64,000 nt of DNA from a virus. Taxonomy: Duplodnaviria > Caudoviricetes. The notes beneath the pieces are model-generated. The model searched no databases and was not told the origin of the DNA. It was given only the letters and a program-made list of their open reading frames with translations. This document shows positions 7,842 to 17,833 of this stretch, piece by piece; position 1 is the stretch's first letter; the number at the start of each line of letters is the position of its first letter. Made by a program: the position numbers and the translations under genes. Location of the stretch: positions 1 through 64,000 of the IMG/VR virus record IMGVR_UViG_2919450847_000005. One strand, 5' to 3'.

Positions 7842-9293
7842 TCAAGCCGCCAGACGCTCGACATCGATGGCGCCGGAAGTGGCCACGGAGTCGTTCGTGT
7901 ATCGCGTGGGGTGAATGCCGTCCGCAGTCCACTTGTTGGCCGTCCCGTCGACCTTCCATCGACCGGAATTGCGGGCGGTTTCGACCTGGTCCGCCACTTC
8001 GAACACACCATAGAGGGGATGGCCGGCCTCTCCGGCTCGCACTGCGCCGCTGGCGCCGGTCAATGCGGGTGCGGGGGCGCCCCCGATAAGTGGCGCGCGA
8101 TCGCGCAACCAGTCATTCAGTTGCTCGCGAACACCGTTTCCGGAGGTGGAAAAGCCGCTGCGCGCGGTTTGACCATTCGCGGTGGCAAAGTTGTCGGTCG
8201 AGGTGGTCTCCGGTGTCAGCGTGGTCTGGAACCGCCGCGTGTCGGGATTCACTGAGTATTTTTCGCCGAGCCTCCACAGGGCCAGCATGTTCGTCTTCAT
8301 GGTCGCCAGGGCTATGGCGGGATCGACGGCCGCGAGGCCGGAGATCGAGTTCACGCCGTGCTCGAAGACGATGCGCTTCACATAGGTCGCCAGCGAAAGG
8401 CGCTTGTGATGGCTCTGGAGGATGGTCTCGATGTCATCGCCCGCCATGGCGGCGCTGATATAGGCGTGGGTCGGGGCTACCGCGCGCCCGACGAGGCCGA
8501 AACCTTTGTCGACCGCATCCTCGGCCGCGTAGATATCGCCCGTCCCCTCGTTGATCGAGTCGCCGATGATCAGCACGCCCGGATGTGTGGTGCGGGCGAT
8601 GATACCGACCGGCCACGTGCCAACGGAGCGCGGCGGCGGATCGGTCGCAACCGTCGCGAAGCGCCGAGTCAGGTCTGGCACACGGGCCGGGGTGCCGGTT
8701 CCGCCGGAGGCCGTCGAACCTTCGGGGAAAGTGGCGTACTGGTTCTGCCGAAAATTGGCATGGGCGTAGCCGACCGAGCCATAGAGCGCGATCCGCGTCT
8801 CGATCTCCGTTCCCGCCGGCAGCACCTCACTGGCGCCATTGGTCAGGTCAGAAACCTTGATGAAGTTTGTGCAGATCTGGCCGCCCGCGGCCATGCCGCC
8901 CTGGGCGGCGCCGCCAAAGCCGAGCGTCTTGATGGTGCCAGCCGGGAACTGGATCCCGACCGACGCCACGACACCTGACTGGATACCCGTCTCCCATTTG
9001 TCGCCGTTGCGATTGGCGAACCAGTTCGGAAGGACGATGGCGATCTCGGTGACATCCGCTCGAAGGGTATGCCGGTTATGCGAGAACGTGCTGAACAACC
9101 CGTCCGTCGATTGCGCCGTGGCGATTCGGCAGTTGGTGGCCACTTGGCCATAGTGCTCGCCGTCGCCCAGGGGGAACTCGCGGAAATTCGGCGGCAGCAC
9201 GCCTTCACGGATGAGTTGATCATCGCTGAGGCTGCGGACAAGGCGCGGCGAGGTGACGCCGCCGGCGCGCTCGATATCGGCTTCGCTCAGCAT
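7842..9293 (-). CDS. SGNH/GDSL-family esterase domain protein, probably virion- or tail-associated
   Basis: IIGDSINEG (GDS), HGVN block, DGIHP (DxxH) catalytic motif; TGATG coupling to the upstream gene. Confidence 0.8.
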   Translation of the reverse strand: MLSEADIERAGGVTSPRLVRSLSDDQLIREGVLPPNFREFPLGDGEHYGQVATNCRIATAQSTDGLFSTFSHNRHTLRADVTEIAIVLPNWFANRNGDKWETGIQSGVVASVGIQFPAGTIKTLGFGGAAQGGMAAGGQICTNFIKVSDLTNGASEVLPAGTEIETRIALYGSVGYAHANFRQNQYATFPEGSTASGGTGTPARVPDLTRRFATVATDPPPRSVGTWPVGIIARTTHPGVLIIGDSINEGTGDIYAAEDAVDKGFGLVGRAVAPTHAYISAAMAGDDIETILQSHHKRLSLATYVKRIVFEHGVNSISGLAAVDPAIALATMKTNMLALWRLGEKYSVNPDTRRFQTTLTPETTSTDNFATANGQTARSGFSTSGNGVREQLNDWLRDRAPLIGGAPAPALTGASGAVRAGEAGHPLYGVFEVADQVETARNSGRWKVDGTANKWTADGIHPTRYTNDSVATSGAIDVERLAA

Positions 9294-9637
9294 CACTGGC
9301 GCTCCCACTTGGAGACGGCGGACAGGTTCCCGTTGGCGTCGCGGGTGATCGTCTGCACCCAGGACGTCGTGCCGTCGCTGATCGTCTGCTTCAGCAGGTT
9401 GCCGTTGGCATCGCGGGTGACAGCGGTCACGGCGCAGTCGTCGGGGTAGAGCAGCGCGCCGGTGTCGTCCTTCACCGCATTGCGGGCAGACGACGGCATC
9501 GGGTTGTCGCGGGTATAGGGCGTGCCGGTCTGATCGCTCGGAAGCGACTTCGGGATGTGGAGATCGGAGCCGAGATCCTTGGTGGCGAGGTTTCGCGCAA
9601 AGCCGTCGGCATCCATCGACTTAACGAAGTCGGGCAT
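9293..9637 (-). CDS. Small protein with two YD/RHS-like TRDANGNL repeats
   Basis: TRDANGNL occurs twice. Confidence 0.65.
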   Translation of the reverse strand: MPDFVKSMDADGFARNLATKDLGSDLHIPKSLPSDQTGTPYTRDNPMPSSARNAVKDDTGALLYPDDCAVTAVTRDANGNLLKQTISDGTTSWVQTITRDANGNLSAVSKWERQ

Positions 9638-9639
9638 AA

Positions 9640-10254
9640 TCAGCTCCAGAAAACGAGGGGCATGAGTAGGGAGTTGCGCGGCTTGGAGAAATCCAGCCGG
9701 TGCGGTGAAATTCGCTCGATCTCGGCTTGGGCATCGGCGAGCGCAGCTTGGGCGTCCTCAGCGGCCTGCCGTGCCTCGGCCGCTTCCTGCTGCGCGGCGT
9801 CCCGGGCTGCGATTGCGTCATCGAGCGCTTGCTGTGCCTCCGGCGTGACGTCTCCGGTGTCGCCCTTGTCGCCCTTCCGGCCCTGCACACCAGGTGCCTC
9901 GAATTCAAGCGGGGGCGCGTCCTCGAAGTCGCTGTTGGTCAGCAACCGGACCACGCCGGCGCCGATAGGCTCGCGCTCGTCTCCATCCAGCCGAAAGAGC
10001 TTGAAAGGGGATCGGTAGGCGTGCAGCAGCTTTTCGAGCTGGTTCTCCGGGTAGTGGACCAGGAAGCCGTGCGGCGGGAGGATTTCGATCTCCCCTTCTG
10101 CCGAGGACAACACGATCTCGGTGTCCTCGTCTCCGATGAATTTGGCCGTGATCACCAGTTCCAGATGCGAGTCCGTGAGATCGACATTCTTGACGACACC
10201 GGGAACCGATGGGCCTGTGGCGTTCAGGTGAAAGCGGAGGATCTGGCAGGGCAT
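9640..10254 (-). CDS. Tail fibre or adaptor-like protein with a short collagen-like segment
   Basis: GVQGRKGDKGDTGD Gly-X-Y run followed by an Ala-rich coiled coil. Confidence 0.65.
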   Translation of the reverse strand: MPCQILRFHLNATGPSVPGVVKNVDLTDSHLELVITAKFIGDEDTEIVLSSAEGEIEILPPHGFLVHYPENQLEKLLHAYRSPFKLFRLDGDEREPIGAGVVRLLTNSDFEDAPPLEFEAPGVQGRKGDKGDTGDVTPEAQQALDDAIAARDAAQQEAAEARQAAEDAQAALADAQAEIERISPHRLDFSKPRNSLLMPLVFWS

Positions 10255-10333
10255 CGATGACTCCAGGGCGCGCGCCGGGAGCGGCGGGCTTGCGCTCGCC
10301 GGTTGGCAGGACAGTTGTCGCTAGGGTGGAAAG

Positions 10334-10573
10334 TCAGTCCCAGAGCTGTCGGAATGTCGGGACCGCGCTCGGGGTCGAGACGGTGGGCAGCACGATAGCG
10401 ATGCCCGCCGCTAGGGCCGGGCCGAGATCCGCCAGGCCGGGGTTTGCTTCGAGGATCGCTTCGGTGTTGGTGCCGTGCGTGCCGTAATAGCGCTCGGCGA
10501 TCGAATCGATCATCTCGTTATCGACGGTCACATATACGGTGGTGCCATCGGCACGCGTCACGACCCTATCCAT
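10334..10573 (-). CDS. Tail protein X (P2 gpX-like)
   Basis: IAERYYG...ILEANPGLA..GP.L.AG..I.LP pattern. Confidence 0.85.
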   Translation of the reverse strand: MDRVVTRADGTTVYVTVDNEMIDSIAERYYGTHGTNTEAILEANPGLADLGPALAAGIAIVLPTVSTPSAVPTFRQLWD

Positions 10574-11582
10574 CTGGCTGCTCCTCGGATGGCTCTCCGC
10601 AGGCCAGCGTCGTCACGTAGGGCCCATAAGCGGAAAACTGGTGGGTGACGGTGGCGATGCGCCAGAGACCGTCCACGCCCTGCCTGCAGCCACTGACGGC
10701 GGCAATGGCGCCTGACTGGGCAAAGGGGGCGCCGTCGATCGCGAAATTGGCGTCGCCCGACATGCGCTTGAGCTCTCGAGCCTGTGCTGCTGCCGCGCTC
10801 TTCGCCTCCGCTTGATTCTGGAACGGTGTGCGGATCAGGAACTCGGGTCCGTCCAGACCGGTGTCCTCCTCCTCCGTCTTGAACTCATTCTCCGCGCGGT
10901 CGTACCAGCTGGCCTTGACCTTGCTGTGCTTCGGCTCGTCCTTAACATTAACCGAGTAGGACAGGATGTTTCCGCCGACGCCCGAGGATACGATCACGCG
11001 GCTGAGGGATGCGCCGCTGGCAGATTTGCCGGCGCCTTTCACTACCACCACCAAGTTCTTTGCCTTTACGGTGATCGAGGCGTTGATCTTCTCGCCGATG
11101 CGGGTCAGGAACTCGAGCGCGTTCTCGTCGGCCTGAGCTTCATACTGGTTGCTGATGCTCTTCAGCGACGGGTCCATTCTCAGCGTCAGGCCGATCTTTC
11201 CGGCTACAGACTCGAAGATGTCGCCATAGGTGGGGTAGTCATCCGGCGGGAAAGCCTTCGGCTCGCGCTTCTTGGCCTCCGACTTCGCGTCTACAGACTT
11301 GGCGCCGACGGAGATGCGCTGCGGCCAGCCGGAATAGTTGACGCTGTCGACGACGAACTGGCCGAAGTCGCGCATCAACTCCTCGTAGCCGCCGACCGGG
11401 TTCAGCGTGGCGCCGGTGCGCGGTGCCGGTACCACTCCGCCAGGGTCGTCGATGTCGATCTGCAGGGTGTCGGCTTGGTCGCCGTCGGAGTCGGTGATCG
11501 TCATGGTCATCAGGCCGGCACTGGTGAGGTTCGGCGTGATGTCTTTGCCATCGGCGTAGACGCGGAAAACGGGAGTAGGCAT
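10566..11582 (-). CDS. Late control protein D / baseplate hub (P2 gpD-like)
   Basis: MPTPVFRV start overlapping the upstream TGA; ITDSDGDQADTLQIDIDD, GDFGQFVVD-type N-terminus. Confidence 0.85.
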   Translation of the reverse strand: MPTPVFRVYADGKDITPNLTSAGLMTMTITDSDGDQADTLQIDIDDPGGVVPAPRTGATLNPVGGYEELMRDFGQFVVDSVNYSGWPQRISVGAKSVDAKSEAKKREPKAFPPDDYPTYGDIFESVAGKIGLTLRMDPSLKSISNQYEAQADENALEFLTRIGEKINASITVKAKNLVVVVKGAGKSASGASLSRVIVSSGVGGNILSYSVNVKDEPKHSKVKASWYDRAENEFKTEEEDTGLDGPEFLIRTPFQNQAEAKSAAAAQARELKRMSGDANFAIDGAPFAQSGAIAAVSGCRQGVDGLWRIATVTHQFSAYGPYVTTLACGEPSEEQPDG

Positions 11583-12133
11583 CAGAGTCCGATCCCCGCA
11601 CTGAGGTTGAGGGCGCCGGCGGACGCGCTCACTCCCACGCCGCCGGTGCCATACGTGATGCTCGTCGAGACGCTGAGGCCGCTGGTGTCGAAGCCCATGG
11701 TGCCGAGCACCGCGATCTCGGCGATGGCCCGCGCCTCCGAACCGCCATACTGAATCATCGACAGGTGCGCAGAGACCATCTGCGGTGTGCCGCGTGTGTC
11801 GAGCATGGTCTCCTCGGAATCGAGGCTCACCGCGATCCAGAGGCCGAAGATGTTGATGCCGGCTCCGTTGAAGTGCACCAGCTGCATCGGGGTCAGCCGA
11901 TTCACCGCCAGGCGAACGCCGGCGAGCTGCGCCAGCCCGCGGCCGTTCAAGTGGCGCGGGTGGAAGGTCGACTCGAGGCTGATCGCTTCGTTGGCCGGGC
12001 CCAGTCGGTGAATCGACGGCATGGCGCCAATCACCGGCTGGGGTTCCACTCGCGGCTGAAGAGATCGCCGGATGCTTTCGACGGAGTAGTTCGGGACGGT
12101 GAACCGAAACGGTCCCCAGGCCATGAGCATCAA
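11582..12133 (-). CDS. Tail tube initiator (P2 gpU-like)
   Basis: MLMAWGPFRFTV...QPVIG...GP..E.ISL pattern; position after tape measure. Confidence 0.8.
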   Translation of the reverse strand: MMLMAWGPFRFTVPNYSVESIRRSLQPRVEPQPVIGAMPSIHRLGPANEAISLESTFHPRHLNGRGLAQLAGVRLAVNRLTPMQLVHFNGAGINIFGLWIAVSLDSEETMLDTRGTPQMVSAHLSMIQYGGSEARAIAEIAVLGTMGFDTSGLSVSTSITYGTGGVGVSASAGALNLSAGIGL

Positions 12134-15060
12134 GCGTCTCCGTAGTTCGCGCCTCCGAATGCGATCTGGACGGCGCGATTGAGCCTCTGGTCGAGGACAT
12201 CGACCAGCATCTTGGCGTCGGACTTGGTCGCGCCGCCGTGAAGGTGGATGGTGACCGGCATGTTGACCATCGGGCCGCCGCCGCCCATTGCTGAGCGGAA
12301 ATCGCGGTTGGACATGATCCGGCCGTTCTGCGACGGGATGAACGGTTCCGGTCCGCGCTCGCCGACCAGATAGGTCTTGCCAGCTTGCACCGGGCCACCG
12401 TCGGCGCGCGGCCCACCGAACTTGTTGGCGTTCGGCGGCGTAACGTACTCGGTCCCGCCGCCACCGCCGCCAATCGCGTTGATGGCGCCGGCGACCTGCC
12501 GCGCGAGGTTGAGGGCCTTCTCCAACCTCGTGGTGTCGACGTCGGGATGCCCGGTGACGGACAACTCCTTCTCGATCTGCTTGGCGATCTCCGCCGCCTT
12601 GGCTTCCGCCTCAGGCCCGCCCTGCTGGATAGCGAAGCCGTAATCGTCCATCGCCGCCTTGGCCTTGTCAGGCCAGGAGGAGATCGCCGAGTCCAGCTTT
12701 TCGAGCTCCGACTGGGTCGCCTTCGACTTCGCCGCATCGACCGAGGAGTGGTACTGCCCTCGGGCGCGCGACTTTCCGATGTTCGACGGGTTCACCCCAT
12801 AGTTGCGGATAAACCATCCGTCGATCGGATCCGTCAGTCCCCAGAGGTTGCCGTCCGGGTCCACCTCGTCGAGCGCGTCCATTGCCAGCACGCCGGTGCC
12901 GACGGCAGTGCCGCCACGTAGCAGCCCGACGCCCATGCGCTTCAGCAGGCTGCCGCCCACCTTGCCGGCCACAGCGCCGCCGACAGCCGCGCCAGCTTTG
13001 CCAAGGCCGCGCCCGCCTTTGCCGCCGCCAGGGAGACCGAGCACGTCGCCGATAAGCCCGGTGCCAGCCTTGAAGGAGGCATAGGCGGCGAGCACGCCGG
13101 CCGCCACCACCGCCGCCTCGGCCAGCCGGCGCACGGCCGGCCCAGCTTCAGTCAGCTCGCTCACCAGGTCGTCGGTGGTCTTGATGACCGGGCGGATCAC
13201 ACCCTCCCAATCCTGTACTGCCGTCGTGAGCGCCGTCTCGATGGTGCCGGTCAGCTTGGTCCAATCGCCATAGAGGCCCTTATTCGCTTCCGTTCCGATC
13301 TTGTTGGCGACGCCCGTGGGTGGCGCCTCCATCATCTGACGGAACTGCTGGAAGAGCGCCCACTGCTGGGCGATCATGTTCGCGCGGCCGCCCTGGCGAT
13401 CAGTGAAGAAGGCATTCAGGTTTCCAAGGGTCGGGTTGCTCGACATGATGGAGTTGAAAAGACCAACCACATCAACACTATCGACCGAATACTTGTGGTA
13501 GTCGGCGAGCCCCTTCGACAGAGCCGAGGCATCTCGAGCGGGCACCTTTCCCTTATTGTCCGTGAACAGTGGCTCCAGGATCTCGGTCATCCGAGTGACG
13601 AACTCGCCGCTGTCCGAGCTGACCGAGCGAGTCTCGCCGGTCTCCGGGTCGGTGAACTCGCCATTTTCCAGCAAGTCCTTGACCTTCGCCTCCATCTCCG
13701 GCGTCAGGCGCTTGCCGAAGTTGTTCTTCATCATGATGCCGATGCCCTCGGAATTGAGGGCGTCCGGCATGCGGACATAGTCGCTGTAGTTGATGCCCAT
13801 GGCGGCAAGGGCATCGCGGCCCTTCTTGGTCGGCGCCACCAGCTTGGAGGAGGCCGAGCGCGCGAACACGCCAGCTTCGTCACCACGCACACCGGAGCGG
13901 CGCAGGATCATGCCAACAGCGGCGGAATAGGGGTCCGGAAGCCCGGCGCCGGTCGTCGATGCCCCGCCATACTTCATGTACTGGCGGACGTCGTCGTCGC
14001 TCATGCCAGAGTTCTTCGCCATCCAGACCATGCTGTCGACGAAGTTCTTGATGGCCTTCACGTCGCTGAGGTCGACGCGCTTGGAGAGCGCCGCGCCGCG
14101 GATCGTCTCGGCGCCTTCCTCCAGCGTGACACCCATGGCGAGCGAGTAGTCCGTCACCTGGCGGGTGAGGTTCATGATCGTCTTGGTGTCGCGGATACCG
14201 CCCTGCAGGATCTGCGTCTGCGCCTGGATGACATCGACGTTCGAGAAGCGCGTCTCGCCGCCGATGTCCTTGGCCTGCTGGTTCAGCATGCCGCGCTCGG
14301 AGCTCGAAAACCCGCCAAGCGCCTGCTGGTAGTCAGCCGCCCGGCTGAAGTCGACGGCATAGGTGAAGCCCTGCTGCGCTCCCTCCCTCACCTTGGAGGC
14401 AATGATGCCGCCGCCGACGGCCACCGCGCTCTCGCGCTCTGGACTACGTCCGGAATAGCTTCCGGCGCCGCCGCCCGCCGGCCGCGGCACAGCCGGTGGG
14501 CGGCTAGGGCGCGGTATGGGCGCCGGCGACGGCCGATTGCGCAATTCGCGGTCCATCTGGCGGATCTGCCGGATGGTGTCGGCCATCTGTTTGCGGATGG
14601 CGCGCTGCGACCCGCTGATGTCCTTCTGGCTGTTGATGCCGAAGGTGCGCAGGTTACGCATCGACGCGAGGGCAGCCTGCCCCTGATCACGGAAGGCCTG
14701 CGTCGACTGCTTCAGCGCCGCTCGGGCGCTGCGCAGCTGCGTTTCCATCTGCTTGGTCGGCTTGGCCGCGGCGCCGAAGGCTGCCTCGAGGGTCTTCACC
14801 CGCGAACGCGCCACCTTCATCTCGACCGAGGTTTCCTTCAACCCGCGCAGAAGACCACGGAACTCGTTGATCGCGCCGGCTTTCTCGCGGAGGCCTTCCA
14901 GCTGCCGCGTAAGCTTGCCGACACCGGGCGCGCCGGATTTGCCCAGTCGAGACAGGGCCTGGTCGAGACTCTTCGCCGAGTTGGCGATGGACTTGGAGTT
15001 GCCGCTGAAGGAATCGATCAGCTGCAGGCGCAGGGACGCCGTGCGGGAGGAGGGAGCCAT
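12130..15060 (-). CDS. Tail tape measure protein
   Basis: ~976-aa Ala/Gly-rich helical ORF after the chaperones; C-terminal RADGGPV..G..YLVGERGPE motif. Confidence 0.9.
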   Translation of the reverse strand: MAPSSRTASLRLQLIDSFSGNSKSIANSAKSLDQALSRLGKSGAPGVGKLTRQLEGLREKAGAINEFRGLLRGLKETSVEMKVARSRVKTLEAAFGAAAKPTKQMETQLRSARAALKQSTQAFRDQGQAALASMRNLRTFGINSQKDISGSQRAIRKQMADTIRQIRQMDRELRNRPSPAPIPRPSRPPAVPRPAGGGAGSYSGRSPERESAVAVGGGIIASKVREGAQQGFTYAVDFSRAADYQQALGGFSSSERGMLNQQAKDIGGETRFSNVDVIQAQTQILQGGIRDTKTIMNLTRQVTDYSLAMGVTLEEGAETIRGAALSKRVDLSDVKAIKNFVDSMVWMAKNSGMSDDDVRQYMKYGGASTTGAGLPDPYSAAVGMILRRSGVRGDEAGVFARSASSKLVAPTKKGRDALAAMGINYSDYVRMPDALNSEGIGIMMKNNFGKRLTPEMEAKVKDLLENGEFTDPETGETRSVSSDSGEFVTRMTEILEPLFTDNKGKVPARDASALSKGLADYHKYSVDSVDVVGLFNSIMSSNPTLGNLNAFFTDRQGGRANMIAQQWALFQQFRQMMEAPPTGVANKIGTEANKGLYGDWTKLTGTIETALTTAVQDWEGVIRPVIKTTDDLVSELTEAGPAVRRLAEAAVVAAGVLAAYASFKAGTGLIGDVLGLPGGGKGGRGLGKAGAAVGGAVAGKVGGSLLKRMGVGLLRGGTAVGTGVLAMDALDEVDPDGNLWGLTDPIDGWFIRNYGVNPSNIGKSRARGQYHSSVDAAKSKATQSELEKLDSAISSWPDKAKAAMDDYGFAIQQGGPEAEAKAAEIAKQIEKELSVTGHPDVDTTRLEKALNLARQVAGAINAIGGGGGGTEYVTPPNANKFGGPRADGGPVQAGKTYLVGERGPEPFIPSQNGRIMSNRDFRSAMGGGGPMVNMPVTIHLHGGATKSDAKMLVDVLDQRLNRAVQIAFGGANYGDA

Positions 15061-15064
15061 GTCG

Positions 15065-15253
15065 CTACCTTGCGAATTGGACCGAAGCCTCCCAGAGCGA
15101 GGCGAGGTCATGGAACATCAGGCCCTCGATGTATTCGATCGAGACGCCGCCATGGCTCGTCGCCATCACCTCCATCGCTACCGCGAGCCATCCTCGGATG
15201 TGGAGGTCGGTTGGCTGGCCGCCGCGTCCGGCAACCCGGACTGAGCGAAAAAA
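15065..15253 (-). CDS. -1 frameshift extension of the tail chaperone (gpE+E' / GT-like)
   Basis: T-TTT-TTC slippery heptamer at 15247-15253; the -1 frame stays open to 15065. Confidence 0.7.
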   Translation of the reverse strand, partial: FFRSVRVAGRGGQPTDLHIRGWLAVAMEVMATSHGGVSIEYIEGLMFHDLASLWEASVQFAR

Positions 15254-15582
15254 CCTTCCTGCCCCGCCTCCACGCGGTTGCCGTCGGCGAGGTCCAGGCT
15301 GTTCAGGACCACTGCGGGCACACTGAGCCACGACATGTCGACTTCATCCTCGGCCGCCGGACCGCGCTCGCGCACCGCATCCTCCACCCGCCGGACATAC
15401 GCCTTCCATTCGCCCGTCGTTGGCCGGCGGATGACGACCTCCTTGTAGACGACGCCATCGTATTCCACCGGGAAGGTGAGGGGCACCGTCAGCGTGCGCG
15501 CCGGCCCCTCTCCGGTGAATCTCGGCAACGGCTTGAGGCGATCCATTTCCTTCTGGCTGAGCGCCCGTGTCACCTGGTCCAT
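15178..15582 (-). CDS. Tail assembly chaperone (gpE/G-like)
   Basis: VPLTFPVEYDG...V.IRRPT pattern; lies between tube and tape measure. Confidence 0.85.
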   Translation of the reverse strand: MDQVTRALSQKEMDRLKPLPRFTGEGPARTLTVPLTFPVEYDGVVYKEVVIRRPTTGEWKAYVRRVEDAVRERGPAAEDEVDMSWLSVPAVVLNSLDLADGNRVEAGQEGFFAQSGLPDAAASQPTSTSEDGSR

Positions 15583-15593
15583 TCGTCGGTTCC

Positions 15594-16103
15594 TCAGTAT
15601 CCGAGAGCCGCGTTGAGACCGGCCAACTGGTCGACCCCGTTGATGATGCGCTTCGGCGGCCAGGCGCCGAGCTCATGCACAATCTGAGCGTTGGCCTCGT
15701 AGCGGTAATACTTCACGCCGTTGATGACGAACTCGAGCCCCACCTTCTCGCCGCGCGACCAGGTATCCCGGCTGCTGCCGTTGATGTGGCCATCGGCGAC
15801 GCAGACGTGCGAGACGATGGAACCGTCCGTCTCCTGCAGCACACCGCCGCGGAACGTGATGCGGCGGGTGGTGCCAGGAGCCATGGCCATGCGACCCATG
15901 ATGTCGGGATTCAGGCCCGACATCTTGACCGTGATACTCAGCGCGCCGATCGCCGCCATCGGCAGCTCGACGGCGAGGTCCATGCCGCCGCCCCGATATT
16001 CCTGCGTCGTCGGGATCGGCAGCGGGAGCTCGACCGTCTCGGTGTCGATACCGAAGTCGAGGGTATCGATGTACATGGTGAAGCCCTGCAGAATATGGCG
16101 CAT
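15594..16103 (-). CDS. Tail tube protein (P2 FII-like)
   Basis: ELPLP....EYRGGGMD...ELPM pattern; downstream of sheath. Confidence 0.9.
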   Translation of the reverse strand: MRHILQGFTMYIDTLDFGIDTETVELPLPIPTTQEYRGGGMDLAVELPMAAIGALSITVKMSGLNPDIMGRMAMAPGTTRRITFRGGVLQETDGSIVSHVCVADGHINGSSRDTWSRGEKVGLEFVINGVKYYRYEANAQIVHELGAWPPKRIINGVDQLAGLNAALGY

Positions 16104-16135
16104 CGCGCGTGCCTCCTATGGGATTTGGGTGCAGG

Positions 16136-17833
16136 TCACGCGGCGGACAGGACCGTGCCGCCAATGCGGGCGATCTCGCGGATCGCGGCGGCAGACAGGG
16201 TGTCGTAATAGCCGGTGTTGCGATTGAAGACGAAGGTGATGTGCTCCATCGGCGCCGGCGCCTCGGAGTCGTAGTGGATGTAGAGGTGTCCCGCCGCCCA
16301 GGTGGCCGCGGTGTTCAGCGTCGGGTCCAGCCAGACCCGCCCGCCGAGCGTCGCTCCCAGCGCCTGCCACCGGCGCAGGCCGGCACTCACCGTCTCGCCG
16401 ATGTCGACGAGGTTCTGCAGGCTGAAGGGCTTGTCGATGAACGGTTCGCAGGCGCGTTCGATCGAATCGATGATCGTGTCGTGCGCGCGGCGCACCGGCA
16501 GGAACAGCTTCAGGCTGTCCGAGGACGGGACCCGGTTGCCCCACAGCTTCAAGCCGCCACTCGGCGCCCGCACCACGCAGGCGATCGCGTTTCGATTGAG
16601 CAGCTGGGACTCGGCGGAAGGATCGCTGATCGAATGCTCGATCGGTCGGCCCGTGCCGATGATGCCTTCGATCACGTGGTTCGATGGCGAGACCCAGAAC
16701 CCCTCGGTGTAGTCGACACGGGCGATCAGGCCGGCGACGCGCGCCGAGACCGGCTCCGGCACCACCTGCGCATCCTTGAAGACCTTCACCGTCGGGTCGA
16801 CGATGTAGAGGCGGTCGGTGTCGTAGTCGGCACGGTCGGTAATCGCCGCCGCCGTGGTGGTGGAGGGGCCGTCCTTGATCACCACAGCGCGGAACTTTGC
16901 CGCCAGCGGCAGCATTTCGGCGATCACCGGGTTGGCGGCGGTGCCGAGCGTGGCGGTCGCGGTGGCCTGCGTGCCGCCCGCGGCCGGCGCGCCGATCACC
17001 ACGGTCGGGGCGGCGGCGTAGCCGTAGCCATTCTTGGTGAGCACGATGCCGGTCAGGCGACCAGAGAGCACTGCGGTTGCCACAGCGCCGGTGCCCGCAC
17101 CGCTGAAGCTGACGGCTGGCGGGTTGATGTAGCCGGACCCGGGGTTGGTGACCGTGATCCCGGTGACTGCGCCTGCCGCCACGGTAGCCGTCGCCGTCGC
17201 CTGCACGCCCCCGGTCGGCGGCGCCTCAATCACGACGGTCGGCGCCACCGTGTAGCCCGTGCCGCCGGCGCCCAGCGTGATCTTGATGCCCTTGGTAATC
17301 GTCGACACCGCCTCAGCGCCCGCGCCGCCGCCGCCACCGGTGAAGCTGATCGCCGGGGCCTCGGCATAATCGCTGCCGGCCGTGCCCACCGCGATAGAGG
17401 CGACGCCGTCGGTGGGGCGCTGCGAGGTGAAGCCGGGCGAGCAGAAGATTTTCGGCGTGAGGCCCTGCTCGTTCGGCGCACGCCGGAAAGCGTGCACGCC
17501 GGTATAGGCAGTCGAGCTTCCAAGGATGTTTTGGAAGGTCTGGTTCAGCGTCCCGCCGGCGGCGACGCGGACCACCAGGATGGTCTGAGACACGCGGGTG
17601 GCCTGGTCGAAAATGCCTTCGATGGCGTCCAGCAGGGTGCCGGACTCGCCGAGGCCCTCGACGGCACCGTTGGCGCCATAGACCGGCACCACGGTGTTGA
17701 GCGGCCAGAGCTCGCTGTTCGCATCGGGCGCCGTGCCGATGAGCGCGATGATGCCGGTATCGATGGTTTCGATCGGGCGCGGCCCAGTGGTGTTCTCGGT
17801 CGTCTCGAGACCGTGGAGAACCAGATCCGCCAT
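16136..17833 (-). CDS. Contractile tail sheath protein
   Basis: HG.ET.E...G.RPI...T.IIALIGTAP N-terminus; GFW.SPSN, LWGNR, PVRR C-terminal motifs. Confidence 0.92.
   Translation of the reverse strand: MADLVLHGLETTENTTGPRPIETIDTGIIALIGTAPDANSELWPLNTVVPVYGANGAVEGLGESGTLLDAIEGIFDQATRVSQTILVVRVAAGGTLNQTFQNILGSSTAYTGVHAFRRAPNEQGLTPKIFCSPGFTSQRPTDGVASIAVGTAGSDYAEAPAISFTGGGGGAGAEAVSTITKGIKITLGAGGTGYTVAPTVVIEAPPTGGVQATATATVAAGAVTGITVTNPGSGYINPPAVSFSGAGTGAVATAVLSGRLTGIVLTKNGYGYAAAPTVVIGAPAAGGTQATATATLGTAANPVIAEMLPLAAKFRAVVIKDGPSTTTAAAITDRADYDTDRLYIVDPTVKVFKDAQVVPEPVSARVAGLIARVDYTEGFWVSPSNHVIEGIIGTGRPIEHSISDPSAESQLLNRNAIACVVRAPSGGLKLWGNRVPSSDSLKLFLPVRRAHDTIIDSIERACEPFIDKPFSLQNLVDIGETVSAGLRRWQALGATLGGRVWLDPTLNTAATWAAGHLYIHYDSEAPAPMEHITFVFNRNTGYYDTLSAAAIREIARIGGTVLSAA

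Noticed and set aside
10566-12737. 723-aa ORF as a single protein
   Set aside because: Only the part from 11582 is gpD-like; the upstream part is an open alternative frame over gpU and the tape measure gene.
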